Source of the DNA: an uncultured Alphaproteobacteria bacterium
Lineage (GTDB): Bacteria > Pseudomonadota > Alphaproteobacteria > HIMB59
NCBI GenBank assembly: GCA_902617515.1
Contig: CACMWX010000002.1
Location: 15,478-79,477, forward strand
Direction of reading: 5' to 3'
DNA: 64,000 nucleotides
Under the pieces are notes generated by a model. It saw only the letters and a list, made by a program, of their open reading frames with translations. It searched no databases and had not been told where the DNA came from. The position numbers and the translations under genes were made by a program. Shown piece after piece: positions 60,061-64,000 of this stretch; within the stretch, counting starts at the first letter, position 1, and the number at the start of each line of letters is the position of its first letter.

Positions 60061-62090
60061 GTGACGATTTAATAAACATTAAAGTTAATCAAAAAGAAAT
60101 TAAGGTAGATAAAAATCTGACTGTGATGCAAGCATGTGAAATTGCTGGTGAAGAAATTCCAAGATTTTGCTATCACGACAAACTCTCTATAGCTGGTAAC
60201 TGTAGAATGTGTTTAGTAGAAATTGAAAAAGCTCCAAAATTAGTATCTTCCTGCACTATGCCACTAATGGAGGGCATGTCGATAATCACCAATTCTGAAA
60301 GGGTAAATGCAGGTAGAAAAGGTGTAATGGAGTTTTTATTAATTAATCACCCCTTAGATTGCCCAATATGTGATCAAGGTGGAGAATGCGATCTACAGGA
60401 TCAGGCCATGTACTACGGTTTCGACAAATCTAGATATAAAGAGAATAAAAGAGCTGTAGATAATAAAAATATGGGACCATTGGTAAACACTATAATGACT
60501 AGATGCATCCATTGCACTAGGTGTGTAAGATTTGCCACTGAAGTAGCCGGAGTTCCAGAATTAGGTATGTTAGGTAGGGGAGAGAATGCAGAAATTACCA
60601 CTTATCTTGAACAATCAATTACTTCAGAGCTTTCAGGTAACGTAATTGATTTATGCCCTGTAGGAGCACTTACGAGTAAGCCATATCAATTTAAAGCACG
60701 TCCTTGGGAGCTAAAACGTACAGACTCAATCGATATCTTCGATAGTGTTGGTTCTAATATCAGGGTTGATAGTAGAGCGGAGGAGATTTTAAGAGTTACA
60801 CCAAGAACAAATGAATACATAAATGAAGAGTGGATATCAGATAAAGTTCGATTTAACTATGATGGATACTACCAACAAAGAATAGACACACCCTATATTA
60901 AAGAAAACCAAAAATTATCAATATCAAATTGGGAAGAGTCTTTAAAAGTTTTAAAAGATAAATTAAAAACTTTAAAACCATTAGCTTTGATTGGTGAGCA
61001 CGTAGATTTAGAAACCGGATATGCAATCAAAAAATTTATGTCAAATTATGGTAAAGACAATGTTGAGTGCCGAACTGATAATCATGCTATCCTAGAAAGC
61101 TTAGATAGTTATCGTTTTAACACACCTTTGAACGATATAGAAAATTCAGATTTAATTATACTCGTAGGAACAAACCCAAAAATAGAAACACCAATTATAA
61201 ACCATAAGATATTTAAAGCTTACAATAATGACGCAAAAGTATTTAACATTGGTGAAAATATATCTTTGAACTATAAAACAGAGTATCTAGGAGAAAGTTT
61301 ATCATATTTAAATAATGAAAATTTAATTAAAGCATTAAAAAAATCTACTAACCCTCTTATAATCATTGGCTCTGCGTTTTTAAATAAAATTAAAAATAAT
61401 AAAACTTTAAAATCTATTTTTTCATATGCTGATAAATACAAAGTTATTACAAAAGAAAAAAATAATCTAAATTTTTTAAATCCATACGCCTCACGTGTGG
61501 GCCAATTGATTATAGGTAATACAACTAGTAACCTTTGTGAGCCGTTTTCTAATTTAAAAAAAGATAATTTTGAATTGGTTCTTTCTTTTGGCTCAGAATA
61601 TATTTCCAACGAGCAGTTCAATAACTGTTTTAAAGTTTATTTTGGCCATCATGGTGATGATGGAGCAATGGGATCTGATATTGTTTTACCAACACCTCTT
61701 TATACAGAGAAAAATGGTACTTTTGTAAATATTGAAGGCAGACCTCAAGAAGCAAAAAAATGCCATAATCCAATTGGATCCGCTAAAGAAGAGTGGTCGA
61801 TACTAAAAAAACTATCTGATGAATTATCTTTTGATTTTATTCCAAATACATTTGATCAATTAAGATCTGAGTTATTTGATAAACACCCAATTCTTTCTGA
61901 TTATCATGAAATTATTGCTGTTGAAAATCCAACTTCAATTACACCAGATATTGAATTTGAAGATTGTAAGGCAGAATATCCTGTAAGTAATTTTTATATG
62001 TCAGATGTGATTTCCAAAAATTCTGTCACTATGGCCAAATGTGTTGAGGAAATAATTTCAACTCCATCTCTTTTGGAGAAATCAGCATAA
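60057..62090 (+). CDS. nuoG: NADH-quinone oxidoreductase subunit G
   Basis: [35 protein letters not shown]. Confidence 0.95.
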   Translation: MSDDLINIKVNQKEIKVDKNLTVMQACEIAGEEIPRFCYHDKLSIAGNCRMCLVEIEKAPKLVSSCTMPLMEGMSIITNSERVNAGRKGVMEFLLINHPLDCPICDQGGECDLQDQAMYYGFDKSRYKENKRAVDNKNMGPLVNTIMTRCIHCTRCVRFATEVAGVPELGMLGRGENAEITTYLEQSITSELSGNVIDLCPVGALTSKPYQFKARPWELKRTDSIDIFDSVGSNIRVDSRAEEILRVTPRTNEYINEEWISDKVRFNYDGYYQQRIDTPYIKENQKLSISNWEESLKVLKDKLKTLKPLALIGEHVDLETGYAIKKFMSNYGKDNVECRTDNHAILESLDSYRFNTPLNDIENSDLIILVGTNPKIETPIINHKIFKAYNNDAKVFNIGENISLNYKTEYLGESLSYLNNENLIKALKKSTNPLIIIGSAFLNKIKNNKTLKSIFSYADKYKVITKEKNNLNFLNPYASRVGQLIIGNTTSNLCEPFSNLKKDNFELVLSFGSEYISNEQFNNCFKVYFGHHGDDGAMGSDIVLPTPLYTEKNGTFVNIEGRPQEAKKCHNPIGSAKEEWSILKKLSDELSFDFIPNTFDQLRSELFDKHPILSDYHEIIAVENPTSITPDIEFEDCKAEYPVSNFYMSDVISKNSVTMAKCVEEIISTPSLLEKSA

Positions 62091-63088
62091 TGACAAGTTT
62101 ATCCTTTGAGTTAACAATTGGTATTTTAAAAATATTTAGTTTTGTTGTCCCTGTACTAGTTTCTGTTGCATTATTAGTGTACTTAGAAAGAAAAGTGCTT
62201 GGTGCTGTTCAATTAAGAAAAGGCCCTAACGTTGTTGGACCATTCGGAATACTACAGAGTTTTGCTGATGTCTTAAAATTACTCACTAAGGAGAATTTAC
62301 TTCCCTCTAGCTCAAACAAGTTCCTTTTTATCTTTGCGCCTATGCTTACTTTAATATTGAGTTTAATAGCTTGGGCTGTTATCCCAATTAGCTCAACTTA
62401 TGTTATAGCAAATATAAATATAGGTATTCTATATTTGTTCGCTGTGTCATCGTTTGGTGTTTATGGAGTCATTATCGCTGGTTGGGCTAGTAATTCTAAG
62501 TATCCATTTTTAGGTGCATTGAGATCAGCAGCACAGATGATTTCTTATGAAGTATCAATAGGTTTTGTAATTATAACAGTTTTGATTTGTGTCGGCTCAT
62601 TAAATTTAATTGATATTGTAGAGAGTCAAAAGAATATGTGGTTTGCTATACCACTTTTACCTATGTTTGTTATATTTATTATTTCAGCATTAGCTGAAAC
62701 AAATAGACTCCCATTTGATTTACCTGAAGATGAAGCCACATTAGTCGCAGGTTTTTTTACCGAATACTCATCAATATCATTTGGCTTATTTTTTTTAGCA
62801 GAATACGCAAATATGATTTTAATGAGCTCCCTAACTGTAATTCTATTTTTAGGAGGTTGGTACCCTCCAATAGATATATTCCCTTTAAACGCAATACCTG
62901 GAATATTTTGGTTTGTAATTAAAGTATTTCTAATTCTTTTTGTGTTTTTATGGGTCAGAGCAACTTTTCCAAGATATAGGTATGACCAACTTATGCGACT
63001 TGGCTGGAAAATCTTTCTACCTTTTACCTTGATTTGGGTAGTTATTACATCAGCATTTTTATTTTACTTTGGACTATTACCTAATTAA
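62090..63088 (+). CDS. nuoH: NADH-quinone oxidoreductase subunit H
   Basis: [29 protein letters not shown]. Confidence 0.96.
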   Translation: MTSLSFELTIGILKIFSFVVPVLVSVALLVYLERKVLGAVQLRKGPNVVGPFGILQSFADVLKLLTKENLLPSSSNKFLFIFAPMLTLILSLIAWAVIPISSTYVIANINIGILYLFAVSSFGVYGVIIAGWASNSKYPFLGALRSAAQMISYEVSIGFVIITVLICVGSLNLIDIVESQKNMWFAIPLLPMFVIFIISALAETNRLPFDLPEDEATLVAGFFTEYSSISFGLFFLAEYANMILMSSLTVILFLGGWYPPIDIFPLNAIPGIFWFVIKVFLILFVFLWVRATFPRYRYDQLMRLGWKIFLPFTLIWVVITSAFLFYFGLLPN

Positions 63089-63090
63089 CA

Positions 63091-63579
63091 ATGACAACAC
63101 TAATTAAATACATTAAATCCTTTACTCTTTTCGAATTAATGAAAGGTTTGAAATTAACAATCACCTATTTTTTTAAGCCAAAAGTCACTCTTAATTACCC
63201 TAATCAAAAGGGTCCTATTAGTCCTCGCTTTAGAGGGGAACATGCTTTGAGAAGGTATCCAAATGGTGAGGAAAGATGTATTGCGTGTAAGTTATGTGAA
63301 GCAGTTTGCCCTGCGCAAGCTATAACTATTGAAGCAGAACCAAAACCTGATGGGAGTAGAAGAACTACCCGATATGATATTGATATGACTAAGTGTATTT
63401 ATTGTGGTTTATGCGAAGAGGCATGTCCAGTAGATGCAATTGTTGAAGGACCTAATTTTGAATACGCTACTGAAACAAGAGAAGAATTGCTTTATGACAA
63501 GGAAAAGCTTTTACGAAACGGGGATATTTGGGAAAAACAAATTAGCGAAAATTTAAAAAGGGACAGTAAATATAGATAA
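63091..63579 (+). CDS. nuoI: NADH-quinone oxidoreductase subunit I
   Basis: [12 protein letters not shown] and [12 protein letters not shown]. Confidence 0.96.
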   Translation: MTTLIKYIKSFTLFELMKGLKLTITYFFKPKVTLNYPNQKGPISPRFRGEHALRRYPNGEERCIACKLCEAVCPAQAITIEAEPKPDGSRRTTRYDIDMTKCIYCGLCEEACPVDAIVEGPNFEYATETREELLYDKEKLLRNGDIWEKQISENLKRDSKYR

Positions 63580-64000
63580 TGTTTCTTGTTGGCTCTTTTT
63601 TTTTGTTTGCAGCATTTTTGATCACCACATGTATATTTGTTATATTTTCAAAAAACCCAGTTAACTCTGTACTATTTCTTGTTTTAGCTTTTCTAAATTC
63701 TACATTTCTTTTTATTCTTATTGGTGCAGAGTTCGTTGGTATTATTCTTGCAATTGTTTATATAGGAGCAGTAGCTATATTATTTCTTTTTGTTGTGATG
63801 ATGCTCGATATTCAAATCACAACTTTAATGTTCAACATTAAAAGATATATACCCCTTGCGTTACTTTTTGCTGGTATAATTTTAGCTGAAATAATCTATT
63901 TAACTGTATTTAAAACTTCAAAAGAAAATTTAGACACTTTTATTAGATCTAAAAATAATACTGAGCAAATTGGAGATGTGCTTTACACAGAGTATTTTAT
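63579..64000 (+). CDS. nuoJ: NADH-quinone oxidoreductase subunit J, truncated by the window end
   Basis: Manual translation: MFLVGSFF...KNPVNSVLFL...GAEF...VYIGAVAILFLFVVMML. Confidence 0.93.
   Translation, partial: MFLVGSFFLFAAFLITTCIFVIFSKNPVNSVLFLVLAFLNSTFLFILIGAEFVGIILAIVYIGAVAILFLFVVMMLDIQITTLMFNIKRYIPLALLFAGIILAEIIYLTVFKTSKENLDTFIRSKNNTEQIGDVLYTEYF

Overview
AT-rich, densely packed window from a streamlined marine alphaproteobacterium. It keeps G-1:C73 tRNA-His, glnB and glnE, which argues against Pelagibacter sensu stricto. Bases 1-29.8 kb form a methylated-amine catabolic region: a TMAO-type ABC permease, tdm, a stand-alone GcvT-like protein, tmm, a soxBDAG/mgdABCD-like dehydrogenase, mgsABC, an IclR regulator, gmaS and a divergent Amt. 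The region also holds a second, non-canonical operon (FAD oxidoreductase, GS-like ligase, a second MgsABC-like set whose FMN subunit keeps Fe-S cysteines, and an unknown protein) and a third GS-like ligase with hydrolases. No dimethylamine monooxygenase is visible in the window. A shared 19-bp palindrome precedes tmm/mgd-mgs, iclR and the second operon. My main hypothesis is that the second operon is an undescribed glutamate-mediated dimethylamine oxidation route. Bases 29.8-64 kb are mostly housekeeping: tyrS, anmK, mnmA, suf genes, DMT transporters, thrS, hisI, dus, glnE, glnA, glnB, four tRNAs, tig-clpP-clpX-lon-hup, a lyase-like lipoprotein gene after tRNA-Asp, and nuoA-J. I saw no CRISPR array, rRNA or mobile element.
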